From Tubiluchus corallicola (taxonomy: Eukaryota > Animalia > Priapulida), in assembly GCA_030141605.1 (NCBI GenBank), contig JAQGDQ010000764.1:1-64000 (forward strand): a DNA stretch of 64,000 nucleotides, read 5' to 3'. Positions 37,266 through 56,662 of this stretch are shown here, piece after piece. The position numbers and the translations under genes are program-made. How positions within the stretch are numbered: the stretch's first letter is position 1; every line of letters starts with the position of its first letter. The notes below the pieces were generated by a model. It made no database searches. It was given only the letters and a program-made list of their open reading frames with translations, and was not told where the DNA came from.

Positions 37266-40200
37266 TTATGAAGAAAATTGTTCCTAAGAACTTTAAAGAA
37301 ATCTGCCCCCAGTTTCTAACACAAAAAAGATATAGTTTTGCAAGAAAAAAGAAATTAATCATAGTTTAAAGTGTAAAATTTTATATATGCATGCCAGCAT
37401 AGTATGATATAAAAGATATACACATTCATGCCCTTCTAAAATATATGATTTTTAAAGTGGATTCTTAAAAGCCAATGTTCAAACCCACCTAAACTTGGAC
37501 CAGTAAATTTCTGTTTATTTTTAGAGTAAGAAAATAGACATCTTAGTTTTTTACTTTCTCTGTTTGAATGCCTGATGGCTTGTTGGACGTGACAACTCAT
37601 AAAAATGCCACTGCGGTACAACTTGACATTGTAACTTTTAGTTTTAATTTACAAGTCACCGAAACACAGTAGACTAGTTAGTAATTTGTTTCTGGATATA
37701 AGTAATCACCTACTTTGCAGATACATAAAACTGTCGTATGTAATGTTTACGTTTCGAAGATAATTATCATTTAAGAAAACAAATTTCAACGTAATTAAGT
37801 CAATTCCATGCTGCATCCCACAAAACTGAAACTCTGACCATTGTTAGTATCACAGACAAACCAAACAACAGTAGCAAACTGACAAATGGTACAATATTAT
37901 CGTGGAAGAATTTGTAAAATTCAAACAAAAATTGCTCTAACAAACTTTTACAATTTACCTGACTTACCCTGGGTAAAAGAGGTTCTTCTCCCTAAAGACC
38001 AAAACCATTATTTGACATTACATTAGTAACATCAGTAAAAATGTAAAACTAAATACAGTAGTCACAATGAATTAAGTAACTCACAAAGAAAAAAACTAGT
38101 GTAAAATGAAATCCCACAAGTGTCAGCCTAGTTGCATGCACACAGAAAACCAGACACAAGAACATATCAAGTTAAGGCATATGCACAGTGGCATGTTACA
38201 GTCCACACCATACAATGATCTACCACATTTAACATGGCAGTACAGTGTATTCTCGATTATCTGTCTGAGCCGACAATCTGTCAACAATCCGTGCAATCTC
38301 ATATGCCTCGTTAAATTTCTATTGCAGTAATTAGATTGCCTGTCTAGCTTTTGTATGAAATAAAAATTAAAAATATTAGTTATAGCAATTTAGCATTTTG
38401 TTGTTGTGGTTCGGTGCATTATGGTTTAAGCTTGCTACAAGCTTGAGCATTGCCATTTTCATTTCTTTCAAACATTTCGGCTGCAATATTGCAAAACTAA
38501 AGAACACAATTTGTTTTTCTAGTGCAAAATGATAACAAGTTCTGTTAAATGATAATATGTTATGTTAAATGATAATAAGTTATATTAAATGAAAATAAGT
38601 TATGTTAAATGATAATATGTTATGTTAAATGATAATATGTTATGTTAAATGATAGTATGTTATGTTTCCTGTCACACAATTTCAGACAAAAATAGAAAAT
38701 GCAGGAAAGCAAAGTGTATTAAACAAAAAAGATAATTTATGAGATCTATAATTAAGAACTGCAATGCTGTTTTTACCAACTTTCATTATGCACAGGTTAC
38801 ATCATTTCTATTTTGGTCCCAAAAATTTTCTGCTGATTCTATGTTTAAATGCCTACTAATCATTTTTTACTTCAAAGTCACAGAGGCAGCTCAGATGTCT
38901 CTGCTTGTCTCCTTTTTAAGAGTGAATGTGAGTGTAAGTGTGCCGCTGTCTGCCGAACCTTTTTTTTTATACAAGGCAGCTACCACACCTCACAAAACTA
39001 GGAAGTTCATAAAAAAAAACTAGATAAAATAAGTTTAAATAAAGAAACATTATGAGTTGGGATATTCTGACAGAAAAGAAACTTGATTATAAAACTGAGA
39101 TATATATAAGATTGTAGGAAAAACCCTACAACAATTTAATAAAAGATCTATATATACGTACCAGCTTTGAAAGCAAAATTTGTGTAAACAAGTTTAAAAT
39201 CATTTAACTGTTAGAATCATAGAAAAATTAGAGTTAGCCAAGTACATTTTTTCCAGCGCAGCCACTAGTTTCAATCACAAAAGAAAAGTATGCAGTTTAA
39301 GAATATGTCGGTCCACGGCTCTTAAGCATGTGACAACTGACAACATACACTATGTGAGGGACAGTACAGCATGTTATCTCAGACATGTGTGCATGGCAGC
39401 ATGCATACAACAGCCTGGTTGCTAGGGTTGCGAGCCCACAGTGCTGGACCTATGAAGCAGACAATTCGGTGACGTACTCAGTTTCCGTACACGTGTAAAG
39501 GATGAATTAGAGAAACCAGACTCGTATTGAATATTATCGAGCGAAAATAGGGGGTGCTGCAGTTACACAGTGTCTATCAAACCCTCAAAATTCGTTGTAG
39601 AAACCAGGCATGTCTTGTACAGCCTGCAGTTTAAATTCTATGATTTAAAGAACTCAAAAAACCCTCCGGCACATTTTGCAGACTGGGACAAGCTTGTTCG
39701 TTGAACACCGACCAATGTCATTTTTTTATCATCTTAACATTCCCTCAACCTATCAGGATTGCTCCAGTGTGTTTGGTGGGTTTGAGGTCCCGTAAATTTC
39801 CAGGGCATTCAATTCGATCCAAAACATTAGACGCAACTCACTGCTCCAATCATACCCTCAAGATTACTAGCTGTTGTGAGATACGCAAAGTTGTCACACT
39901 AAATTTTGAGATATGACAAATTAGCAATTGCTTCAGCAACACTTTGGTGCAATAAATTACTGGTACTGGTGGTTTTTATATGCCCCTGGAAGAAAGTTAT
40001 GTACTGCCTTGTTTGCAGCTGCATACTGTCTGATACAAGATGTCTGATAAGGTCTGATTTCGAAATTCTACCACGTTCCATGATTCTTACAAAAAGACAG
40101 CACAGAGAGAAAAATCTTTCTCTCTTTTTTGATATACATATAGTACATTTCATACGACTTTTGATATGCCAGCACACCCTTAAGACTACTCTAGTCACAT

Positions 40201-40359
40201 GTGACTTGAAAGCATGTACTTAGTATGTATAAAAAAGTATATAAAATGTACAAAAAGGCAATGTGTTTTTAATATTAACTAATGTGAAACATGCATGTAC
40301 TATAGTGAAATGTTTATTATTGTTTTGATCAGCCCTGTTGGCCATATATCAATAAAATA

Positions 40360-40415
<56 letters not shown>

Positions 40416-40451
40416 TCTATCTATTTGTCTATCTGTCTATCTGTCTATCTG

Positions 40452-40518
<67 letters not shown>

Positions 40519-40519
40519 G

Positions 40520-40556
<37 letters not shown>

Positions 40557-41867
40557 GTATCTCTATTGCCTGCACAGGCTTCAGTCGGAATTCAACACAG
40601 ATGATCATGAGTACACTGTAGACACTAGTGCATATTACACAACATGTATTGAAATACTCATATGCTACAAGAGACAGCTGTTAGCCTGCTAGCATACGAT
40701 AACAGTTAACGGCAGGGTGATATAAAATCATTATTATTATTACAGCACGCTTATGTTTGCTAATGAAAATAAATATGGAAATACTACTGTAACACAAAAT
40801 TTGTCCAGTCTGTAACACAACAAAGCAACAACTATTTAGCAGTTCAGATGAATAACAAAATACATGTACAAGACATCACTTGTGTATCATAAGATTTGTA
40901 TGTGGGTAGCTAAAAATAAACAATCTGTAACTTACACGAGGATCGAATGTTTTAAACTGATCCAAACCAAGACCTATCAAAAAAAAACATTTTCGCATGA
41001 ATGCAAATTTTTTCAAAGTAATACTAAAAAAGCTTTTTATTCAAATTTTTCTGAAACTGCTACAGTATTTTTCATGTCTTACCCTCGGGCTGCTTCATTC
41101 CGGGAGTTATGGAGCGCAGAAAATCATCAGGTGTCATGAAGATGTCCGAGTCACCACCTGATGTATAAACTTTCAAAGTAGCAAATAGCCGGAAAATTTT
41201 GTCAGGTGTGGAATATGCCCGTATCCTATTTTCATATTCTATTATCTATAATGATGCAATTGCACAATATAGTAATGATAACATGTTACTAAATACAGAT
41301 GCATAGTTTGAAGTACAATTGACATGTGAAAACTGCGATAAGGCACATTAATGTATTGATTTACGAAAGCCTTGCAACACATTCAATGGTATCCGTACAC
41401 AACATTTGTAACACATTCAGTGGTATCCGTACACAACATTTGCAACACAATCAGTGGTATCCGTACACAACATTTGCAACACAATCAGTGGTATTTGTAT
41501 AGAACCTTTTAAATCATTCAGTGACTGGTTAAATCACTGCAATGTGATTTATTTTCCATATATATATATATAAAAGTTTGTGCTCGTACAGTAGCAGGAA
41601 AGAGTCATAGATCTTATAAGACCTATTTTGAATGGTGCGATCCTGAAGGAGATAAAGAGCTTTCATACTTTTCTATCACGAAACCCTGGTTTCTTGCGTT
41701 TCTTTTTTGCAGGTACCACTGCGCCCTCTTCGGCTTCCACTGCTTGTTCGGCATCAACAGGCTCGAGTTGCTTTGCATCAACTTTAAATTTGGCTTTGAG
41801 ATAATCTTTCAACTCATCATACAGCTCTCCAAGACTGAAAATAATACTCCATTGGACAAGTGCGAAC

Positions 41868-41929
<62 letters not shown>

Positions 41930-44292
41930 CTTTATTAAATTCGGCTTTTTGGATCAACAATATAATTAAGCTCCAAAAAGTCTGTTGGCCGACTGTAAAT
42001 AATAAACTACAACAACATAACAGAGGCTATTATTACCCCACTTTTACCCTAAATACCACGTGCCAGCAGGGCAACAGCAGCTACCATTTTTCAAGCTTTT
42101 TTTATGACCCAGCCACTGTATCAAACTCATGGTCTGCCAGACGAAAAGTGAAAGCATTACCACTAGACTAAACCGTCTGGTAAAATCAGAATGTAAAGAT
42201 CCGCAGCTCATAGCTCATAGTTTAATTTTGTTCTAGCACAAAGGTTAAAAAGTATTAAATATGGTATTCAAAAAGTAGCGAAGCTGCCTGAGGTAATTTA
42301 TGATGAGCACCAATCCTGCTAATTCAGTAGATTTGTCAGGGGAGGAAAGTAAATTTTCTTGTAAAGTTGAAAAACTAACTCCAAGATAAACAGGAGAGCT
42401 GGGCAGCAGTATTTCGCATTTACCTGCTAAACGACTTTGTGATACTAGAATCCAAAATTGCACGAAAGATGTATCAAAAACAATGTCTTCGTTAGTTCTC
42501 ATTTACGAAAAAAAATCCCCTATTTTTGTCGAGAATTTAAATTCCGCTTTATTCATATGGTCTTCAATACAGTTCAAGCCTTTAACTAGGTCAATTTCTA
42601 GAGAAAGATATGTATAGTTTATGGTACGACTTCTTCCTGTATACAATAAAGAATATAGCTTACAAATGTCTATATCTAAAGATAATTTTCTTTCTATGTA
42701 TTGGATCTAAAACTTTGTAACAAATGGTTCCGAAACCCGGGATTGAACCAAGGACCTTTAGATTGTTCTTGTTCCTAAAGTAATGATGGTTGTCCCGAAA
42801 GCCGGGATTGAACCAAGGACCTTTAAACTGTTCTTGTTCCTAAAGTAATAATGGTTGTTCATTATGAACTTGCCAATAAAGATTATTAAGTCAAACAACA
42901 TAAATTTATCATTAACAAAGCAAATAGTCTCTGTATTTATCCCAATAATCTTTAAAGCACAAAAAAATGCTCTCCATAAATAAAGCTAAAAAATTGGTCT
43001 TAAAATTTTGTATCACTAGCATACAAACTTATTGTGCACAGAGCTTGCATTAGTAGCATCACTGTGTAAAAATTGTTAATTTAAATCACTTGGGAATAAG
43101 TTTAGGTAACACTGCATAAAGTTTGAAAAAATAATCAACACATTCGCCGCACATTCTTCGCTAACTAAGCAAAAGTTTAAAATATTTTATATTGTCAATA
43201 ACATCAATAATGTTTTTTTGTAAGTGAGTCATGCACAGGATGAGCCCAAATATCTTAAATTATTAAGATTTTTTTCTAATTGCATAAGTTTTTCAAATAG
43301 CTACGCATAATACGAAGTAGTATAACTGTATGAAAAGTTTTTTGGAACGTACTTTAAAATTTCTCTTTCTTACCCCTTAAATACTCTATGTTTATAAGTA
43401 AAAAACTACATAAACAAAGTAAGCTACCAAGCATCAGAATGTAGTACAAGGAGAATATATATGCCAGAAATTTTTTTCGTTAAGTCACTATTGTTAAAAT
43501 TTACAAAACTATCATGAAGCCACGACGTAGTCAATTCCATACGACATAGTTATATCCTGTGTTTTCAAAATTTACGTCGCGCTTAAAACTTCAATTTTCT
43601 TCATTATTAAAGTCTTAACAGCTTTCAAGAGAGAGAGTTTTAGAGAGTTTTATTCATTTTCCACATTGCATCATTACAATTAGCATTAAAATACAGATAA
43701 TTTTCCATTTGAGTAAATATAAATAGGAATAAATGCAATATTATTAAGAAATTTCATAATGCGGGATATACATGTGCAAATTTCATTACAGAATAATTTT
43801 TTGATGCATACAGTTTGAGCCTAAAAGCATAGCTTGACAGGCCAAGTCAATATAGGCTATAACAACTTATTACAATACTTACTACTCATAATCCAATGTT
43901 GAAAGCAAAACCATGCTAGCAAGTATAGTGTAAAAAATTTTGCTGAACAAACTGCCAACTGGTCTCTGATGTCCAAAGTCTTTGTAGCCTCGTTTGCTGT
44001 AATATTCATTGCCGACTCTAGTGAGTAGAAAAGACGTCTGTTTAAAAACTCTATACCTGGCACCATAACTATAACTAGAATGAAAATGTGCAGGAAACAG
44101 TACAGGATTTAGAGAATGACAACGAAAGTAAGCACTTTTAAGGCATCCTCTCCTGTTAGCATCACCATTTGTACGATATCCACCACCAAAGTAATTTGCA
44201 CAGCGAACTGAAAGCAGCCGAAGCTGTAACAATGAGCGTTGTTGCAAATGTCCACCACAAAGCTTCACTCGCAGAATATGCATCTTTTGCAT
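26156..44292 (-). CDS. MICU1: Calcium uptake protein 1, mitochondrial (MICU1), ~555 aa, 11 core coding exons
   Basis: Exons (minus) 44292-43883, 41834-41669, 41245-41083, 40973-40936, 35597-35483, 34359-34277, 32843-32646, 30979-30839, 29148-29040, 28773-28684, 26310-26156 join in frame (1668 nt). Motifs: [70 protein letters not shown]-hands [12 protein letters not shown] and [13 protein letters not shown]-terminal MWKCA. The start ATG is inferred; an acceptor at 44314 implies an upstream UTR exon. Confidence 0.95.
26590..27070 (+). mobile_element. Decayed RTE-clade LINE reverse-transcriptase fragment
   Basis: Translation with stops/frameshifts: QYANDIGW (YADD-like), [52 protein letters not shown], matching the RT end and downstream region typical of RTE ORFs. 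Confidence 0.75.
28269..28648 (-). mobile_element. Harbinger/PIF-like MITE; inverted relative to 34471-34688
   Basis: Ends AAGCCTTTTCAC...GTGAAAAGGCTT. Interior 28490-28648 is the reverse complement of 34471-34630. Confidence 0.65.
30026..30358. mobile_element. Inverted-repeat element with ~47-bp arms; right part also present at ~2910-3025
   Basis: ttataataaaaaacaatgggtaattattcaaatgctgattggctaaca versus tgtcagccaatcagcatttgtttaattacccattgttttttattataa. Confidence 0.7.
30998..31799. repeat. 44-bp minisatellite, ~18 near-identical copies
   Basis: Unit TACGAATGTGATTCAAAAATCACTTAGTGACAATAAAAACAATC; two units carry an extra GTGA. Confidence 0.97.
32381..32445 (+). pseudogene. Degenerate tRNA-like sequence (SINE head or tRNA pseudogene)
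   Basis: A-box-like TAGCTCAGTT and B-box-like GGTTCAAATCC with tRNA spacing, but stems are poor. Confidence 0.45.
32989..33477 (+). mobile_element. 5S rRNA-derived SINE (SINE3-type) with (CAA)n tail and 11-bp TSD
   Basis: Head 32989-~33109 is a full-length 5S-like sequence (GTCTACGGCCATATCACGTTGAAAGCACCAGTTCTCGTCTGATCACCGAAGTTAAGC...). Body is shared with 18843-19386. TSD AATTATGTGCA at 32978-32988 and 33478-33488. Confidence 0.93.
33707..33990 (+). mobile_element. tRNA-derived SINE with (TTA)n tail; central block resembles the Meta/MESC SINE domain
   Basis: tRNA-like head with A box and B box (GAGTTCGAACC), then CATACCAAAGACTTTAAAAATGGTACCTGCTGTTGCCCTGCC and a (TTA)n tail. Inverted copy at 41868-42181. 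The domain name is from memory. Confidence 0.85.
34471..34688 (+). mobile_element. Harbinger/PIF-like MITE (~215 bp)
   Basis: TAA|GTCTTTTCACAG ... CTGTGAAAAGGC|TTA; related to 28269-28648. Confidence 0.7.
34705..34950 (+). mobile_element. Old degenerate tRNA-headed SINE
   Basis: TGGCCTAGTG A-box-like and GGTTTGAATC B-box-like motifs followed by a SINE-body-like sequence. Confidence 0.4.
35722..36109. mobile_element. Degenerate MITE with GC-rich termini
   Basis: CAGCGGCATAGCC ... GCCGCGTTACTG imperfect inverted ends around an AT-rich core. Confidence 0.4.
36939..37263. repeat. (GA)n microsatellite, ~320 bp
   Basis: Directly visible; source of the ERER/SLSL ORFs. Confidence 0.98.
37968..37991 (-). 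CDS. Candidate 24-nt alternative MICU1 microexon (GEEPLLPR)
   Basis: Minus strand ttttggtctttag|GGAGAAGAACCTCTTTTACCCAGG|gtaagt; frame-preserving in a phase-0 intron. Confidence 0.5.
38543..38665. repeat. 20-bp tandem repeat x6
   Basis: Unit GTTAAATGATAATATGTTAT. Confidence 0.9.
40358..40556. repeat. (TCTG)n(TCTA)n tetranucleotide microsatellite
   Basis: Directly visible. Confidence 0.97.
41372..41494. repeat. 34-bp tandem repeat, ~3.6 copies
   Basis: Unit TTGCAACACA(T/A)TCAGTGGTATCCGTACACAACAT starting at 41372, 41406, 41440, 41474. Confidence 0.9.
41868..42181 (-). mobile_element. tRNA-derived SINE, second copy of the 33707 family, long (TTA)n tail
   Basis: Reverse complement starts ACCAGACGGTTTAGTCTAGTG and is collinear with 33707-33990; (AAT)n run 41868-41926 on the plus strand. 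Confidence 0.85.
42725..42763 (-). pseudogene. 3'-half tRNA-Phe copy including CCA, within a 65-bp tandem duplication (to ~42858)
   Basis: Minus strand ATCTAAAGGTCCTTGGTTCAATCCCGGGTTTCGGAACCA versus the recalled metazoan tRNA-Phe(GAA) 3' half ATCTAAAGGTCCCTGGTTCGATCCCGGGTTTCGGCA+CCA. Confidence 0.75.
43037..43380 (+). mobile_element. Third copy of the 3121-3530 repeat family
   Basis: Collinear similarity to 3121-3530 and 5048-5471; ends CCCCTTAA. Confidence 0.6.
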
Positions 44293-45131
44293 TATCCTCG
44301 TGCTGATTTTGCACCTGGAAAGCAATTATTTTTAATGTAATTATTCACTGTAGGCATAACTGCAATTTCATATTACTTTATTGCTCGTACTTTGAATCTT
44401 TCATAGATAAATTGCCGTTTAGAAACAAGGTCACACAGGGTTAGGAGCTGAAAACAATAACATCTGATTTTAAATTTTTTTTGTTGGCTTGTAAATATCT
44501 GTCACAAAAGTGGAACTCGGTCAGTTTTCACAAATTCAACTACAATGACATCAAAACACTTTCCTTAGTAACATTTCAGTGTGATTTTCTAAAAATGAAC
44601 ATATTGGCAACATGTGACAGACCATGAGGAACAGACCTAGTAATACAATTAACTAAGTTTATGTTGCCCAACTCAGCTGATACATTACTTAGCAATTTCA
44701 TTATCAGTGTCACTTATGTCAACTTGCTAAATAATTTTTTGTTAGCTTAGCATTTTTCTCCATTCTGCAAACTAGCAAGATATTTTAAACTTCCACACGA
44801 TTGCGGCAGAATTCCCATAGTCCTAAATTGAGAAACTGAGTGGCACTATCACACACAGAGAGAGGTTATGGCACTAAAACATTGTTCATATTGATATAAC
44901 ACTGGACCTATATGAACTTTGGCGGGTTTTGCTGCCACTGCTTTCAAGACGTTTCTAAAATTCCTGCCTTGAGCAAAAATGTACAAAATCGCCGAGGAGC
45001 TTATGCAAAAGATCTACTCTGAATAGGAAATAAGCATTATCCCTACCCTAATCATGACACCTGACTACTTTTACGAATGTCCTCCAGTCTCTTGCTGTAG
45101 TAGATACCTTGTATTGTAATCATCCATACAT

Positions 45132-45557
45132 TAGGGGTGAGCATTGAACGTTCGAATCAAATTCGAACGCTTGAATTCGATTCGAACGAGTTTTTTTAGT
45201 TCGAACTCGATTCGAATCCAAAACTATAGATTCGAATAATTCAGCTCTTCAACGACACATGTTCCTGATCACTAAAACGATTGAAACATCATGCAATTAG
45301 CATAATTTAGCAGTGATTTCTGTGCACAATTTTAAACAAATTACAAGTCATTTTACTGCAGAACAAAATCTTGTGATACACATGATCTCTGTAAGACTAA
45401 TTTTTACCGGTGGTTCGAAAACTTGTTCTAAAATCGTTCAATCTCAATTCGAATTCGGTTCGAATTCGAAACACTGAAATTCGGTTCGATTCGAATTCGA
45501 AAGTCACAAATTCGGTTCGATTCGAATTCGCTTTCCGGTAGAGAATGCTCACCCCTA
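45132..45557 (+). mobile_element. hAT-type MITE, 14-bp TIR, 8-bp TSD
   Basis: TAGGGGTGAGCATT...AATGCTCACCCCTA; TSD CCATACAT on both sides; subterminal TTCGAA arrays. Confidence 0.93.
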
Positions 45558-46264
45558 CCATACATGTTTTGTTGATACCATGTAGGACCTATATCGTATA
45601 TGTTTGCATCTAATTACTTTATATTATATTTTAATTTATAAGATTTTATATAAAAGTCTCCTATTTTGGCACCTCTGAGGTACGACTGAAAGCAGAGCAA
45701 GCTTTTGCAAATATTCACAATGAATCCTCTGCAGAGACTCTTTATGTTCTGACACTGATAAATGTGTTGACGTACGACCAATCTCACAACCTGCTTATTG
45801 TTATGGTAAACAATGCACTGACGCAGTCAATCTCTTGCCAGTGTACTAATTTTATTTCAAAAACGACTCAGAGCTTTGCAGAAATCTTAGAATATTACTT
45901 TGGTTGTGAAGAAAATCTTATACTTTATATAATACTATAGTTATACACATAATATTCATCAAGGCCTAATCAAGCAAGTAAAAGATCCTCGGCAGTTACC
46001 GATTACATTGTCGTAGGCTGTAGAGTATACAGTGATTAATCACAGTACCTAACTCAATAGCACGTTATTATTTACATGCATGTTAATTTTTTAATCAACC
46101 ATTTTGGGGCAAGCAGCATAATTATGCGATTTATCTTTGGGTATGATTACAATAGCCAGAACCTTTGAATCACAATGTCACAGACATGGAGTCACAGATA
46201 AAAATTTTACAAGTACATTATTATCCATGGTCGCCACGTTAATTTTTCCTTGACGAATCATGAT

Positions 46265-46635
46265 TAGGGGTGAGCATTCTCTACCAGAAAGCGAATTTGA
46301 GTCGAACCGAATTTGTGACTTTCGAATTCGAACCGAATTCGAATTGAGATTGAAAGACTTTCGAACTAGTTTTCGAACCACCAGTAAAAATTAGTCTTAC
46401 AAAGACCATGCATGTCACTTGATTTTGTTCTAAAATAAAACAACAAGTAATTGGCATGAGATTGTGCACAGAAATCATAGCTAAATCACTCTAATTGCAT
46501 GGTGTTTCAATCGTCTTAGTGATAAAGAACATATGTGATTGAAGTGCTGAATTATTCGAATCTATAGTTTTGGATTCAAAGCGAGTTCGAACTAAAAAAA
46601 CTCGTTCGAACTCGAACGTTCAATGCTCACCCCTA
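46265..46635 (-). mobile_element. hAT-type MITE, inverted copy of 45132-45557
   Basis: Same TIRs; TSD ATCATGAT on both sides; interior is reverse-complementary to the first copy. Confidence 0.93.
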
Positions 46636-47704
46636 ATCATGATCTAACACAGTTTTAGCTTGTGTGAAGGGAGTGTACAACCAAGAGATCGTTCATTTAC
46701 GATTTGCTTGTAATATGCAGTCAGTGATTGTAGAGAATGCTATTTTGTAAAACGGGGCAACATGCACAAAAATAGCGGTAAGAAAATTTTTTCGTAGGGG
46801 GAGATAGCATTAGTGCTTTTACATTAAATATATTACTACAATAGGTCACTGGTCATTGTTGCTATTAAGAGTATTAAATAAGAGGATTTGAAGATTAATA
46901 AAAGTGTCAAGCAGTAAAACTTCACCCCTTGAAGGTCTATCACCATATTAAGGTTACCATTACTTTTACTTTCAGATAAACTGCAATAATCAAATAAATA
47001 TGATGCCAGCAATTAAATTTATTGTAAAGAAGATCTTGCATCATGGAATTCTCATTCGATGCAGGCTGCCATCAATGATAGAAAAGTTTTAGTTGAGCCT
47101 AGGAGAAGTTAATAGCAGAACTATTAATCCATATGGCTTGTATTATATATTAGTATTATATTAATTACATATATTAGTATTGGCTATCATATATCTATAT
47201 ATCCTTGTCTCTTGTGCAAAACCGTGTCACAGCAACTGTTGTTGAAGTACTGTAAAAACCAATGAAAAATGTGGTCATCATATTCCCGTATTTGTCGGAA
47301 GTATACTTGTGTACATAGTAAAAAACTTAGGCTGCTGTCAAATGAGGTGAGAGACTTGAGTGGATCAAAAATTGTTGCTTGTTATTAGTATTATCTTTGG
47401 AAAGTAGAATAATACAAAATAATAACAAAGGCGACTTTTTTAAATGATCCAAAATATATAAGCTAATGTAATATTTTTCAGCATCATGTTCAGCATGAAT
47501 ATGTGTCTTATGTAGTTAATTTGTGCAGTTTCATTTTTTGCAGCTTTCGGTATTACATGTACATTAAAAGTTTCACATTTTCTTTCAAACTTTATTAATA
47601 AATATGCTGAATCATAATTATGGTCTTCACTCTTCGATCTTCATTGCCTCTCTGCGCAAGAAGTAAGAGTCGGGACAATTGATCATGAAAATTATTCGAA
47701 TAAC

Positions 47705-47760
47705 TCCAGAATTTCCCGCGGAATCGTGCGCCGCGGGATTGCGCGCAACGGCGGGAAGCT
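47705..47760. promoter_or_regulatory. CpG-rich PCNA proximal promoter with E2F-type sites (possibly shared with MICU1)
   Basis: TTTCCCGC (47712-47719), CGCGGGA (47732-47738), palindrome TTGCGCGCAA (47739-47748), GGCGGGAA (47750-47757), 120-165 bp upstream of the PCNA ATG. E2F control of PCNA is well established. Confidence 0.75.
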
Positions 47761-47875
47761 AAGAGTGTTTTTTGTTAGGAAAAGTTAAGAAGCGTGTTGA
47801 TACTGGTGTTTCCTTCACCTTCCGTTACCATTTAAGTTTATTACTGTTTTTATTTCTTTAATACCTTTTATAACC

Positions 47876-55956
<8,081 letters not shown>

Positions 55957-56188
55957 CACCATGGAAAATGTTTTGATTAGCACAGGTACTGTACTCTACT
56001 AATGTAGCTGATATGTAAAGATGGAGTGCAAAGATGTTGCTCTTCGGCATGGAACATGGGTAGTGACTGAGAGAATTCCACCTCTATATTTGTAAACATG
56101 CATACCAACGAGAAATACAAAATAAATGGTGTTTGGTGATGGCTGGTTTTATTCTCAATTTCTTCAAAGTTTATTCATAAATAAATAT

Positions 56189-56662
56189 TAAGGCTGAGAT
56201 GGTTAACCATTTAAATTCTAACCGACCGCTAACTGGTGTAACCGTTTAGAAAATCACTCTAACTGTTTAACCATTACTTAGCCAACTAATCTACATATAT
56301 GTATTAATTAAAAACCTTGTATCTTTTTCGAGTTGGGGTATGCAGTTAGCAATATCCCACTTACGAAATATTGTACTATTTACAACATTGTTTCAATTAA
56401 TCTGGTTGCCTAAGAAGCATCTAAACAGTAAATTGCAAAACGTTTTTCATTCGCGTATGTTACGAGGATGCCGCCATGTTGGACATTCTCGTTGGCGCAT
56501 GAACTGCACCGCTTACTCGTGCAAGGAATGAATGAATGTTTGGATGACGTCATCGGGAACAGCTAACTGACCGCAATTAATAACGATTAAATGGTTATTA
56601 AGCCTAATAGTAGTTAAAAAAACCTAACCATCTAACCCTAATAAATAACCATCTCAGCCCTG
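56189..56662. mobile_element. MITE with GGCTGAGATGGTTA TIRs just downstream of the PCNA polyA signal
   Basis: AGGCTGAGATGGTTA ... TAACCATCTCAGCCC, with TAACC subterminal repeats. No clear TSD. Confidence 0.65.

Noticed and set aside
36832-37369. ER-repeat and SL-repeat ORFs up to 176 aa
   Set aside because: (GA)n microsatellite artefacts.
40295-40621. 108-aa ORF with LSIY repeats
   Set aside because: (TCTA)n microsatellite.
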